Shown in pieces: positions 1 to 10,686 of a DNA stretch of 64,000 bases; position 1 is the first letter of the stretch; each line of letters starts with the position of its first letter. The DNA is from Vicinamibacteria bacterium (GTDB lineage: Bacteria > Acidobacteriota > Vicinamibacteria > Marinacidobacterales > Marinacidobacteraceae), in the NCBI GenBank assembly GCA_963668695.2, contig CAXXLQ010000004.1:1120001-1184000 (forward strand), read 5' to 3'. The notes beneath the pieces are model-generated. The model was not told the DNA's origin and did no database searches. It saw only the letters and a program-made list of their open reading frames with translations. The translations under genes were made by a program, and so were the position numbers.

Positions 1-1
1 G

Positions 2-547
2 GCGGATTCTTTCGAATACGACCCTCGGAGTCCGGCGCCGAGCATCGGCGGGGACCTCTTCGTTGAGCCCCGCGGAGCCCAGGATCACCGGCCCGCCGAT
101 CGGGTGAGCCTGACGTACACGTCGGAGCCGCTCGCGGAGCCCCTCGAGGTCACGGGTTTCGTGCGCGTGGAGTTCTTCGGCGCCTCCTCCGCGGTGGACA
201 CCGACTGGGTGGTCACCGTGAGCGTGGTCCACGAATCGGGCTATTCGCAGACGCTGCGGCAGATGATCCAGCGCGCCCGTTACCGGGAGGGAGACGAGGC
301 CCCGGTGCTGCTGGAGCCGGGCGCGATCGTCCCCTACACGATCGAGCTCTACCCGATGTCCAACGTCTTCCTCGCCGGCCAGCGGATTCGGCTGACGGTC
401 ACCAGTTCGAGCTTCCCGAAGTGGTATCCGAACGGGAACACCGGCAAGGAGATGATGGAGGACCGCCCCGGGTTGGTGGCGACGAATACGATCTACCATG
501 ATGCCGATCACCCGTCGAAGCTGATCCTTCCGGTGATCCCGCGCTGA
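2..547 (+). CDS. CocE/NonD family hydrolase, C-terminal part (5' end outside window)
   Basis: Frame open from window start: FEYDPRSPAPSIGG...YTSEPLAEPLEVTG...DTDW...RIRLTVTSSSFP...NTIYHD, typical of the PepX_C/CocE C-terminal domain. Confidence 0.85.
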   Translation, partial: ADSFEYDPRSPAPSIGGDLFVEPRGAQDHRPADRVSLTYTSEPLAEPLEVTGFVRVEFFGASSAVDTDWVVTVSVVHESGYSQTLRQMIQRARYREGDEAPVLLEPGAIVPYTIELYPMSNVFLAGQRIRLTVTSSSFPKWYPNGNTGKEMMEDRPGLVATNTIYHDADHPSKLILPVIPR

Positions 548-612
548 ACGGAGCTGCCAGGCAGCGAATCCTTTCCGAATCAGCAGAACTCCCGACAAGG
601 AGATCCCGACCT

Positions 613-2118
613 ATGTTCTCTCGCGTTTTCCGGCGCTCCGGCGCCCTCTTCCTCGCTCTCGTCCTTCCCGCGACGCTGCCAGCAGCGCAGGAGCGCGACC
701 TGGATCTGGTCATCACCGGGGGCCGCGTCCTCGATCCCGAGACCGGGCTGGATGCGGTCCGCGACGTGGGGGTGGTGCGGAACGAGATCGTGGCCATCTC
801 CCGCGAAGTGCTCCAGAACCGGCTGAAGCAGGGCGGGGTGCTGCTCGATGCCTCGGGGAAGGTGGTGAGCCCGGGGTTCATTGACCTCCACGCGCACGGG
901 CAGTCGGGCGAAGCGAACAAGTACCAGGCGATGGACGGGGTGACCACCGCGCTGGAGCTGGAGGGCGGCGTCCCCCGTATTGCGCGCTTCCTCGAGAGCC
1001 GGGCGGGCGACGCGATCGTCCACTACGGCGCCTCGGTGTCCCACGGGGGCCTGCGCCTCCTCGGGATTCCCGGCGTCAGCGAGCAGGTAACCGGGATTCT
1101 GGACGCGGAAAGCACCGGGGCCGAGCTGGTGATTGAGCACGCCAACCTGCTTCGCGAGGCGAACTACACCGGCGTGGAGGACACCGAGGCGGTGCACGGT
1201 GCGATCACCGCCGAACTGCGGGCCGGCGGGCTCGGTATCGGACTGCCCCACCAGTACTACCCCGGCGCGGACCACACCGAGATCTATCGGATCTTCGAAC
1301 TTGCGGCCGAGCTGGACGTCCCCATCTACACCCACGTGCGCGACATGGTGATCTCGGCGGTCCAGGAGGTGCTCGCCAACGCGCTCGCCACCGGAGCCTC
1401 GCTCCACATTGTGCACCTCAACAGCTCGAGCATGCATCACCTCCCGATCAATCTCGCCCTGATCAAGGGCGCCCGGGACGCGGGGGTGGACGTGACCACC
1501 GAGGCCTACCCCTACACCGCCGCTTCCAGCGGGATCTCCTCGGCGATCTTCGACGAGGGCTGGCAGGAGAAGCTCGGGATGACCTACGAGGACATCCAGT
1601 GGCAGGACACCGGCGAGCGCCTCACCGAGGAGACCTTCAACTTCTTCCAGGAGGAGGGGGGCACGGTCATCATGCACATGATGGATCCGGAGATGATCGA
1701 GTTGGCTATGCGGACTCCCTTCGTGATGGTGGCGTCCGACGGGATGCCCTACGCCCCCGGCGCCCACCCGCGGTCGGCGGGCACCTTCTCCCGGGTCCTC
1801 GGGCGCTACGTCCGCGATCAGGGAGTGCTGTCGCTTCCCGACGCAATCAAGAAGATCACGCTCATGCCGGCCGAGCGGCTGCAAGAGGTCGCTCCGCTCA
1901 TGCGGCGGAAGGGCCGGATCCAGATCGGCGCCATCGCCGACATCACCGTGTTCGATCCGGCGACGATCATCGACACCGCGAACTTCGAGGACGACATGAG
2001 CTTTTCCGAGGGGGTCGCCCACGTGGTGGTGGACGGCGTCCCCGTAGTGCGCGACGGCGCGCTCGTCGAGGGGGTCTTCCCTGGCAAACCGCTGCTCGGG
2101 CGCTACACCTCCGAGTAG
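613..2118 (+). CDS. Secreted amidohydrolase, N-acyl-D-amino-acid deacylase-like (copy 1)
   Basis: Signal peptide, PGFIDLHAH, EAYPY, ASDG, HPRSAGTF, ADITVFDP motifs. Confidence 0.85.
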   Translation: MFSRVFRRSGALFLALVLPATLPAAQERDLDLVITGGRVLDPETGLDAVRDVGVVRNEIVAISREVLQNRLKQGGVLLDASGKVVSPGFIDLHAHGQSGEANKYQAMDGVTTALELEGGVPRIARFLESRAGDAIVHYGASVSHGGLRLLGIPGVSEQVTGILDAESTGAELVIEHANLLREANYTGVEDTEAVHGAITAELRAGGLGIGLPHQYYPGADHTEIYRIFELAAELDVPIYTHVRDMVISAVQEVLANALATGASLHIVHLNSSSMHHLPINLALIKGARDAGVDVTTEAYPYTAASSGISSAIFDEGWQEKLGMTYEDIQWQDTGERLTEETFNFFQEEGGTVIMHMMDPEMIELAMRTPFVMVASDGMPYAPGAHPRSAGTFSRVLGRYVRDQGVLSLPDAIKKITLMPAERLQEVAPLMRRKGRIQIGAIADITVFDPATIIDTANFEDDMSFSEGVAHVVVDGVPVVRDGALVEGVFPGKPLLGRYTSE

Positions 2119-2124
2119 CTACCG

Positions 2125-3651
2125 ATGTTCCCTCGGGTCCCGCGGCGCTTCGGCGCCCTCTGCATCGCGTTCCTGCTTCCCGCGACCCTCCTGGCAGCCG
2201 GTAGCGAAACCCCGCCGGCCCAGGAGCGCGACCTGGATCTGGTCATCACCGGGGGCCGGGTCCTCGATCCCGAGACGGGGCTGGATGCGGTCCGCGACGT
2301 GGGGGTGGTGCGAAACGAGATCGTCGCGATCTCCCGCGAGGTGCTCCAGAACCGGCTGAAGCAGGGCGGGGTGCTGCTCGAGGCCTCGGGGAAGGTGGTA
2401 AGCCCCGGGTTCATTGACCTCCATGCCCACGGACAGTCGACCGAAGCGAACCGTTACCAGGCGATGGACGGCGTGACCACCGCGCTGGAACTCGAGGACG
2501 GCGTTCCCCGGATCGGGCGCTATCTGGAGAGCCGCGCCGGCACGGCGATCGTCCACTACGGTGCGTCGGCGCGCCACCAGGGATTGCGCCTTCTCGGGAT
2601 TCCCGGGATCGCGGAACGGGCCGGCGAAGTCCTCGTTGCCGAGAGCACCGGGGCCGAACGGAACCTTGAGCGCGCCAACCTCCTCCGGGAGGCGAACTAC
2701 ACCGGGGTCGAGGACACCGAGGCGGTGCACGCGGCGATCGCCGCCGAGATCCGGGCCGGGGGGCTGGGCATCGGGATGGCCCACCAGTACTACCCCGGCG
2801 CCACTCACACTGAGATCTTCCGCGTCTTTGAACTCGCGGCGGAATTGGATGTCCCCATCTACACCCACGTGCGCGATATGGCGGTCTCGGCGGTGCAGGA
2901 GGTGCTCGCCAACGCGCTCGCTACCGGAGCCTCGCTCCACATCGTGCACCTGAACAGCTCGAGCATCCACCATCTTCCGATCAACCTCGCCCTGATCAAG
3001 GGCGCCCGGGACGCGGGGCTGGACGTGACCACCGAGGCCTACCCCTACACCGCCGCCTCCGCCGGCATCTCCTCGGCGATCTTCGACGAGGGATGGCAGG
3101 AGAAGCTCCGGATGACCTATGGGGACATCCAGTGGCAGGACACCGGGGAACGCCTCACCGAGGAGACATTCAACTTCTTCCAGGAAGAGGGGGGCACGGT
3201 CATCTTCCACATGATGGATCCGGAGATGATCGAGTTGGCCATGCGAACTCCCTTCGTGATGGTGGCGTCGGACGGGATGCCCTACGCCCCCGGCGCCCAT
3301 CCACGGTCGGCGGGCACCTTCTCCCGGGTCCTCGGGCGCTACGTTCGCGATCAGGGAGTGCTTTCGCTTCCCGCCGCGATCAAGAAGATCACGCTGATGC
3401 CGGCCGAACGGCTGCAGGAGATCGCTCCCCTGATGCGGCGGAAGGGGCGGATCCAGATCGGCGCCATCGCCGACATCACGGTGTTCGATCCGGACACCAT
3501 CATCGACACCGCGAACTTCGAGGACGACCTGAGCTTTTCCGAGGGGGTTGCGCACGTCGTAGTGGACGGCGTCCCGGTGGTCCGTGACGGCGCGCTCGTC
3601 GAGGGCGTCTTCCCGGGCAAACCCCTGCTCGGCCGCCATACCTCGGAGTAG
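2125..3651 (+). CDS. Secreted amidohydrolase, N-acyl-D-amino-acid deacylase-like (tandem paralog)
   Basis: Same motifs; clearly homologous to 613-2118 over the full length. Confidence 0.85.
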   Translation: MFPRVPRRFGALCIAFLLPATLLAAGSETPPAQERDLDLVITGGRVLDPETGLDAVRDVGVVRNEIVAISREVLQNRLKQGGVLLEASGKVVSPGFIDLHAHGQSTEANRYQAMDGVTTALELEDGVPRIGRYLESRAGTAIVHYGASARHQGLRLLGIPGIAERAGEVLVAESTGAERNLERANLLREANYTGVEDTEAVHAAIAAEIRAGGLGIGMAHQYYPGATHTEIFRVFELAAELDVPIYTHVRDMAVSAVQEVLANALATGASLHIVHLNSSSIHHLPINLALIKGARDAGLDVTTEAYPYTAASAGISSAIFDEGWQEKLRMTYGDIQWQDTGERLTEETFNFFQEEGGTVIFHMMDPEMIELAMRTPFVMVASDGMPYAPGAHPRSAGTFSRVLGRYVRDQGVLSLPAAIKKITLMPAERLQEIAPLMRRKGRIQIGAIADITVFDPDTIIDTANFEDDLSFSEGVAHVVVDGVPVVRDGALVEGVFPGKPLLGRHTSE

Positions 3652-3724
3652 CCACCCCGCCCAATTCTCCGACCTGCGGCTCGCCGCCGGCCGAATCGGT
3701 TTTTGAAAACCTGTTCCTGAATCC

Positions 3725-4456
3725 GTGAACCCGTCCCCAGCGCGCTTTCTGCTGCTCCAGGTGCGCGAACCGGACGACCCGATGGCGGCGCACGAAGTGC
3801 TGCGCTTCCGGCAGGGGCTCGGGCTCGAGCCGGACCAGCTCCGGGTGTTCGATCTCCTTCAAGGGGCGCCGCCCCGGTCGCTGCTCGAGTCCGGCGACGC
3901 CGTGCTCGTCGGGGGAAGCGGGGACCACTCGGTGGTCCGGGGTGGGCCCTGGCTCGCGGGCGCGCTGGGGGCGATGGAGACCCTCCACGAACGATCCATC
4001 CCGACGTTCGGCTCCTGCTGGGGGTTCCAGGCGCTCGCCAAGGCCCTCGGCGGCCGGGTAGTGACCGATCACGCCCTCGCGGAAGTGGGGGTGGTCCCGC
4101 TTGAACTTACGGACGCGGGCCGCCGTGATCCCGTCTTCAGCCCGCTCGGCTCTCCGTTTCCGGTAGTGATGGGTCACGAGGACATCGTTACCGACCTGCC
4201 CCCGGGCGCCGTGTCTGTGGCCTCGAGCTCCACGATCGAGAACGAAGCCCTGGTGTTCTCGGGAAAGCCGATCTACGCGACCCAGTTCCATGCGGAACTG
4301 GACCGGGACGACCTTGTCCAGCGGATCGCCGCCTATCCCCCCTATCTCAAGCTCACCGGCGCCCGGTCCATCGAGGAATTCCGTGCCATCACTCCCCACA
4401 CCCCGGGCTCGGCCAGCCTCCTGCGGCGGTTTGCGGACGAGGTGGTGGAGAAATAG
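3725..4456 (+). CDS. Type 1 glutamine amidotransferase (GMP synthase GATase-like)
   Basis: GSCWGFQ nucleophile elbow and TQFHAE His-x-Glu motif. Confidence 0.85.
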   Translation: MNPSPARFLLLQVREPDDPMAAHEVLRFRQGLGLEPDQLRVFDLLQGAPPRSLLESGDAVLVGGSGDHSVVRGGPWLAGALGAMETLHERSIPTFGSCWGFQALAKALGGRVVTDHALAEVGVVPLELTDAGRRDPVFSPLGSPFPVVMGHEDIVTDLPPGAVSVASSSTIENEALVFSGKPIYATQFHAELDRDDLVQRIAAYPPYLKLTGARSIEEFRAITPHTPGSASLLRRFADEVVEK

Positions 4457-4609
4457 GGACCGCCGGTCTCTGTCTGGCATCGCTTCCCAAAAAGTAGGAA
4501 CGCCGCGCTTCAGAGCGGCATCGCGGCCGAAGGCCGCGAGCCTCCCAGACTTACCCGCTTTCGTCGCGCCGACCCAGCCGGGGATGGCGATCCGCACCCC
4601 CCCCGTTCT

Positions 4610-5368
4610 CTACCCGCTCCGCCGCACCAGCTCGGGCAGCACGGCGCCGATCTGGCCCCGGACCACGGCGTCGGCGATGTCGTCGAGCGGGGTGGGGTCC
4701 CGGTTGACGATGACCAGGCGGGCGCCGGCCTGCCGGGCCAGACGCGGGATCGACGCTGCCGGTTCGACCACCAGCGAGGAACCGACCGCGAGCATCAGGT
4801 CGCATGCCTCGGCGGCAATCAGCGCCTGCATCATCACGTCGCGCGGCATCGCCTGCCCGAACGAGATCGTCGCGGGCTTGAGCAATCCGCCGCACTGCCG
4901 GCAGCGCGGCGCCTTCTCCCCGCCCTCGATGCGCCGGCACGCCTCGTCGGAGGTGATCCGATCGTCGCAGGTCAGGCACGCCGCTTCGGTCGTGGTCCCG
5001 TGCAACTCGAGGACCTTGTCGGCGGGCAGCCCCGACCGCTGGTGCAGGCGCTCGATGTTCTGTGTGACCAGCGCGTCGAGCCGACCCTGGCGGTGGAGCT
5101 CGCAGAAGGCGTAGTGCCCCACGTTCGGCTGCGCGTCGCGCATGGCGGGCCAGCCGGCCGCCTTCTGCCGCCAGTACTCGATGCGCCCCGCCTCGCTCGA
5201 GACGAATTCCTCAAAGTCCACGATCCGGTTTTGCGCCCATACCCCGTTCGGGCTGCGAAAGTCCGGGACGCCCGACTCGGTCGAGATGCCGGCGCCGGTG
5301 AAGCCGACGATGCGCGACGCGCCTTCCACCAATCGCCGCGCTGCCTCGACCGTCGCCTCAGGGGCCAT
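4610..5368 (-). CDS. cobB: Sir2 family NAD-dependent protein deacylase
   Basis: TGAGISTESGVPDFR, TQNIERLH, ELHG, two CxxC pairs, GSSLVVEPAA. Confidence 0.9.
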   Translation of the reverse strand: MAPEATVEAARRLVEGASRIVGFTGAGISTESGVPDFRSPNGVWAQNRIVDFEEFVSSEAGRIEYWRQKAAGWPAMRDAQPNVGHYAFCELHRQGRLDALVTQNIERLHQRSGLPADKVLELHGTTTEAACLTCDDRITSDEACRRIEGGEKAPRCRQCGGLLKPATISFGQAMPRDVMMQALIAAEACDLMLAVGSSLVVEPAASIPRLARQAGARLVIVNRDPTPLDDIADAVVRGQIGAVLPELVRRSG

Positions 5369-5400
5369 CCTGCCTCCGTTCGAATCGGTGCCTCGCGCAG

Positions 5401-6288
5401 CTACTGCCGTTCCGCCGTGAGTTGCTTCTCGTAAAGCGCCTCGTAGTGCGCCACCAGCTTTCCGAAACCCTCGGGATCCACGAACGCTTCCGGGTCATAG
5501 GCGTCTCGCGGCCGGTACTTGTCGTGCAGACCGTACTGCGACGCGTGCGCCGCGACCCACACGTCCACCTCCGCGGCCTTCTGCCGCCGGAAGGTTTCGG
5601 CGAAGTCCTCCGCGATCCCCGGATAGGCCGGATCCTTCACCAGTCGTAGTCCCGGGTTCATGGAGCCCATGTTGGCGATGGCGACGCGGTAGTCGCGGCC
5701 GTTCTCGGCGACGGTCATGGTGTAGCTGGCGCTTCCCGGGGTGTGCCCGGGTGATTCGATCACGGTGAGCCGGGTCTTGCCCAGTTCGATCACCTCGCCA
5801 TCCCGAAGGATCCGGTCCACCGGGACCGGCGCGAAGGTGTATTCGCCCTGGAAGTGAGGATCACTGGCCCCTCCGTCCTCCAGTAGCGGCGCATCGTCGG
5901 CGGTCGCCCACACCTCCGCGCCGGTGATCTCCTTGATCTCGGCGAAGGCGGCGGCGTGGTCGTAGTGCGCCTGCATGGTGAGCAGGATCCGGACATCTTC
6001 GAGGCGGAAGCCGAGGGACTCGACGTTTTCCCGGATGAGAGGAGTGGAATCCACGAGGCCGGTGTTGATGAGGATGTGCCCCTCGTCGGAGGTGATCAGA
6101 AAGCAGCCCAGGTCGTAGGTCCCGACGGCGTAGAGGTTGCCGATCACCCGGTGGCCGGGAAAGGCCCGGCTCCATTCCTCGGGCTGGGCGGCGGCGGGGG
6201 CGCCGATCAGGAGGGCCGGGAGTGCGAAGGCCGGGAGTGCGAGGGCCAGAAGTACGAGGGCCGGGAGTGCGAGGGCCGGGCGATGCAT
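5401..6288 (-). CDS. Subclass B3 metallo-beta-lactamase-like protein
   Basis: IGNLYAVGT, GHILINTG, QAHYDH, PGHTPG, AAHASQ; start placed at MHRPAL ahead of the signal peptide. Confidence 0.85.
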   Translation of the reverse strand: MHRPALALPALVLLALALPAFALPALLIGAPAAAQPEEWSRAFPGHRVIGNLYAVGTYDLGCFLITSDEGHILINTGLVDSTPLIRENVESLGFRLEDVRILLTMQAHYDHAAAFAEIKEITGAEVWATADDAPLLEDGGASDPHFQGEYTFAPVPVDRILRDGEVIELGKTRLTVIESPGHTPGSASYTMTVAENGRDYRVAIANMGSMNPGLRLVKDPAYPGIAEDFAETFRRQKAAEVDVWVAAHASQYGLHDKYRPRDAYDPEAFVDPEGFGKLVAHYEALYEKQLTAERQ

Positions 6289-6431
6289 CCGGGGAGTATC
6301 GCCTTGTTCTGAGCATCCCCCGAGGCGGAAACCGGTGGCGCCCGGGCGGGAAGCGTCGGGGGTTTTGCCCGTTCTCGCGCTCTGAAGACCGGCGTTCCCT
6401 TCCCTGCGGCGCCATCGGGGTACGAAGGTGA

Positions 6432-8449
6432 TTGCCACCCTACAGAGCGTCGCCGGCCCCGCTATCATCGGCTGCTGCCATGGATCCTCCCACCGCTCGC
6501 CTCCCGCGCCCGGATTCACCGGGACGCTTGCCTTCCCTGATCGCCTCCCTCCTGACGTTCTTCCTGGCGTTTCCGGCGGCAGCCGCGGAACAGCCGCCGG
6601 CCGAGCCCGAAGAAACGCAAGCCGCTACCGAACAACAGGATCCGGAAGAAGAACAGGCCGCCCGCCCGTCCCATACGGAGACCGTCGTCGTCACCGCGAG
6701 CCGCGGCGCAGAAACCATCGTGGACTCGGTCGCGCTCGTGACCGCGCTCGACAGCGAAGATCTCCTGGATTCGCCGGGCGCCCTGGTGGACGAGGCCCTG
6801 AGCCGGGTGCCCGGGTTCGGACTCTTCCGGCGGAACACCAGCTTCATTTCCCACCCCACCACCACCGGGGTCTCGCTGCGCGGAATCGGCCCGAGCGGCG
6901 CGAGCCGTACCCTGGTTCTCTGGGACGGAGTGCCGCTCAACGATCCCTTCGGCAACTGGGTGTATTGGAACCGCCTGCCGACGCTCTTCCTCGACCGCAT
7001 CGAGGTGGCGCGCGGCGCTGCCAGCCCCCTCTACGGCAGCTCGGCGCTCGGCGGCACCGTGCAGCTCTTCTCGCGCCGCGCGGAGCCGGGCCTTCTACGG
7101 GCGCGGGGGCGGTTCGGCAACTTCGGGATTCAGGAGGCGGAGGTGCTCGCTTCCCATGAAAACGACGGGATTTCCGTCGTCGGGGCCGCGCGCATGCTGA
7201 ACAGCGAGGGCTACCACCGGATCCGCGCGGCGGAGCGCGGGTCGGTGGATCAGCCGGCCGGGGTGGACTTTCGTTCCATGGTCGGCCGCGCCGAGTCGGG
7301 GCCGGTCCATTTCTCGGTCAACTACTACTCCGAGGATCGCCGCAACGGCACCCCGATCCAGATCAACAGCTCCCGGCTGGTGATGCTGGAGGGCGGCATC
7401 ACCCAGGAGCGATGGGACCTCCGGGTCTTCGGCCAGGACTCGCGGCTGAACAGCGACTTTTCGCGCATCCTCCCGGGCCGTGACCGGGAGATTCCCACCT
7501 CGCAGCAGATGTACGAGTACTCGGGCGTCGGGGGAGTCTTCACGACCCAGCTCGGCGAAGGGCTCCAGGCCGGCGGCGACTGGGTGCGGTCCTCGTGGGG
7601 CGAACATGCGCAGAACCGGGTCGGCGGTTTCGTCCAGAAGCGGTTGCAACTCGGGCCGGATCTGGAGCTGCTCGCCGACGGCCGGCTGGACCTTTGGCAA
7701 AACGCGGGGACCAAAGCGAGCGTCAATCCCCGCCTCGGGGTTCGCTACCACGTCCTCCGAGCACCACGCTTCGCGCCTCGGCCTACCGCGGCTTCCGCGC
7801 CCCCTCCCTGAACGAGCTCTACCGCCCCTTCCGGGTGGGGAACGTGCGGGTGGCCGCGAACGACCAACTCGGTGAGGAAAGCCTCTACGGGGCGGAGGCG
7901 GGTCTCGATTTCTACCCGACGGAGCGCATGCTGGTGCGCGGGAACTTCTACTGGAACTCGCTCCGCGACGCGGTGGGGAACGTCACCCTCGAGGTGAACG
8001 ACGAAGGGGTCTTCCGCCAGCGCCAGAACATCGGCCGCGCCACGGCGCGCGGAGCCGAGGCCGAGATTTACGTGTACCCGGACAGCGACACCGAGTTCTT
8101 CGTCGCGTACCTGTTTTCCAATAGCTCGGTCGAGGACACGGGCCTTCGGCTCCCGCAGGTGCCGCTCCACCAAGGCGTGGTGGGCGGCGCCTGGCACGGC
8201 CCGGTGTCGGTGCGCGCCGACCTGCGTTTCGTGAGCGAGCAGTTCGAGGACGACCGCAATGAGTTGCCGATGGCGGGATTCACCTCCGTCGGCGTTCAAG
8301 TTTCCTATGCGGTCAATGACCGGCTGCGCGTCTTTCTTGCGGGGGAGAACCTGCTCGACGCCGAGATCATTTCGGCCCGCACCCCCATCGAGACCCTCGG
8401 CACCCCGCGCGCCATCCACATCGGCGTGGACGTCGACGTGTTTCGCTGA
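6432..8449 (+). pseudogene. TonB-dependent receptor split by one frameshift near 7755 (pseudogene or sequencing error)
   Basis: Plug motifs ETVVVTASR, SLRGIG, RIEVARGAASPLYG in ORF 6432-7811; barrel motifs FRAPSLNELY and ENLLD in ORF 7595-8449. Confidence 0.8.
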
Positions 8450-8454
8450 CCGTC

Positions 8455-10686
8455 GTGAGGGCGCGAAGGTACGGGAACGCCGGTCTTCAGACCGGCATCG
8501 CGTGCCGAAGGCGCGCGAGATACGCGACGTCCACCTCCCTCCTGGCGCTCCTTTCCTTTGGCTGCGGCTCCGAGCCGCCGCCCCCGGTGGAGTCCCCCTA
8601 CGAGGATCGCTCTGACTGGCCGGTCCGAGAACTGCGCGACGAACCGTTCGACGTCCTCCACTACCGGGTGTCTCTCGACCTGGATGAGACCACCCGGAGC
8701 ATGGAAGGAACGGTGGCAGTCACCCTGCAGGCCGAGGCCGAGATCAGCGAGGTGGCGCTCGACGCGGAGACCTACGAGGTGCGCGCCGTCCGCGCGGGCG
8801 GCGAAGATTTGGACTTCACCCACGAGGGAGGCACCCTCGCGATCGCGCTGGGCGCGCCGCTTGTCGCGGGCGAGATGCTGGTTCTCGAGATCGACTACGG
8901 CGGTTCGGACATCGACGTGGACGCCACCCAGTACGGGATGGCGGCGAACTACGACCTCGGTCTCGACTTCAAGGCGGAGACGGACGCCAACCCCCAGCTC
9001 ATCAACACGCTGTCGTTCCCCGAAGGCGCCCGGCACTGGTATCCCTCGGTGGACCACCCGGCGGACCGGGCCACCTTCGAACTCCTCGCCACCGTCCGGG
9101 AGGACTGGAAGGTGCTCTCGAACGGCCGGCTGATCGGGATCACCGAGGGAGGACGGCCGGGAACCCGGACCCACCACTGGCGGCTCGACGAACCCCACCC
9201 GACCTACCTCTCGGTGCTCGTCGCCGGTCCCTACGAGGTCATCGAGGACTTCCATGGGGATATCCCGGTGAACTACTGGGTGTATCCGCAGGCCGTGGAG
9301 GACGCCGAGCGCAGCTTCCACAAAACGCCCGCGATCATGGCGTTCTTCGACGAGGAGTACGGCGTCCCGTATCCGTGGAACAAGTACGACCAGGTCACGA
9401 TCCCCGGGATCGGGGGCGGTGCGGAAAGCACCACCGCGACCGTGCTGGGCCAGAGCACGATCCACGAGGAGCGCGCCGAGCAGGACTTCCCGAGCCACGG
9501 CCTCGTGGCCCACGAAGCGGCCCACCACTGGTGGGGAGACCTGATCTCGTACCGCGACTGGGGCGAGACCTGGCTCAGCGAGAGCTTCGCCACCTACTCC
9601 GAATACCGCTGGCACGCGAACGAGCTCGGCCGCGACGAGGCCGGCGAGAACATGCGCCGGAAGCGCGAGTCCTATCTCCGCCAGGCCGAGACCGTGCTCC
9701 GCCCGGTAGTCACGAATCAGTGGCGCCGGCCGAACGACAACTTCGACTCCCACACCTACCCGAAGGGTGCGGCGCTGCTCCGGCTGCTCCGCCACCTTAC
9801 GGGGGACGAGGAGTTCCGCGCGGGCATCAAGCACTTCCTCGAAAAGCACGCCTTCCAGCCGGTGGACACCGAGGACTTCATCGTGGCCTTCGACGAGGCC
9901 GCCGGTCAGGACATCCGCTCGTTCGTGGACATGTGGCTCCGCCGCCCGGGCCATCCGGTACTCGAGATCGAATCCAGCTGGGACGGGGATTCCGTGGAGA
10001 TGCAGATCCATCAGGTCCAGGGGCCGGAGGCCAGCATGGGAGCGGTGCCGGAGGCGTACCGCGCTCCGCTCTCCGTCCGGGTCGTCACCGCGTCGGGGTC
10101 CGAGGTCCATCCGTTCACGCTCGCGGGCCGGGAGCAGAGTCTGAGCTTCCCCGCCACCGAAGAGCCGCGTTACGTGCGGTTCGACGCGGATGACGTCCTG
10201 CTCGCGGTGCTCCGGATCGACAAGCCCGCGGCCGAGTGGATCGCCCAGCTTGGGGATGACGATGGTGCCGGACGCCGCCGGGCGGCGGTCGCGCTCGGCG
10301 AGATGGGGGGTGACGAGGCCCGCGCCGCGCTACGCGCTGCCGTCGGCTCCGACCCCTTCTGGGCGGTCCGGCAGGCGGCGATCGCCGGGCTCGACCCGGG
10401 AGACGGGGAGGACGCCGAGACGTTGCGGACGGTGGCCGCTGAAGACGCGAAGTCCGACGTGCGGACCTCGGCGCTCGCCCGGCTGGGCGGTTCGGCGGGG
10501 GCGGAGTTCCTGATCGAGCGGTTCCGGAACGATTCCAGCTACCGGGCCCAGGCTGCCGCCGTCACCGCGCTGGGTGAGATCGGGGAAGATGCGGTCAGCG
10601 CCGTGCTTGAGGAAGCGGCCGCGATGGCGTCGCCGCGGGACATCGTGGGCCGCGCCGCCCGGGCAGCGATGGGCGGGAGCCGGTAG
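8455..10686 (+). CDS. M1 family aminopeptidase with C-terminal HEAT repeats, putative lipoprotein
   Basis: GGAES (GAMEN-like), HEAAH..WLSES zinc motif, YPKG, lipobox LSFGC. Confidence 0.9.
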   Translation: MRARRYGNAGLQTGIACRRRARYATSTSLLALLSFGCGSEPPPPVESPYEDRSDWPVRELRDEPFDVLHYRVSLDLDETTRSMEGTVAVTLQAEAEISEVALDAETYEVRAVRAGGEDLDFTHEGGTLAIALGAPLVAGEMLVLEIDYGGSDIDVDATQYGMAANYDLGLDFKAETDANPQLINTLSFPEGARHWYPSVDHPADRATFELLATVREDWKVLSNGRLIGITEGGRPGTRTHHWRLDEPHPTYLSVLVAGPYEVIEDFHGDIPVNYWVYPQAVEDAERSFHKTPAIMAFFDEEYGVPYPWNKYDQVTIPGIGGGAESTTATVLGQSTIHEERAEQDFPSHGLVAHEAAHHWWGDLISYRDWGETWLSESFATYSEYRWHANELGRDEAGENMRRKRESYLRQAETVLRPVVTNQWRRPNDNFDSHTYPKGAALLRLLRHLTGDEEFRAGIKHFLEKHAFQPVDTEDFIVAFDEAAGQDIRSFVDMWLRRPGHPVLEIESSWDGDSVEMQIHQVQGPEASMGAVPEAYRAPLSVRVVTASGSEVHPFTLAGREQSLSFPATEEPRYVRFDADDVLLAVLRIDKPAAEWIAQLGDDDGAGRRRAAVALGEMGGDEARAALRAAVGSDPFWAVRQAAIAGLDPGDGEDAETLRTVAAEDAKSDVRTSALARLGGSAGAEFLIERFRNDSSYRAQAAAVTALGEIGEDAVSAVLEEAAAMASPRDIVGRAARAAMGGSR
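8474..8501. repeat. REP-like palindrome family 1, representative copy (ggaacgccggtcttcagaccggcatcgc)
   Basis: Related copies near 4457, 4497, 6382, 10709, 11173, 16769, 25830, 31546, 35503, 35582, 47212, 57565, in both orientations. Confidence 0.85.

Noticed and set aside
580-3639. Long antisense ORFs such as 580-2022 and 2119-3639, and similar ones throughout the window
   Set aside because: Shadow ORFs of high-GC genes with no recognisable motifs
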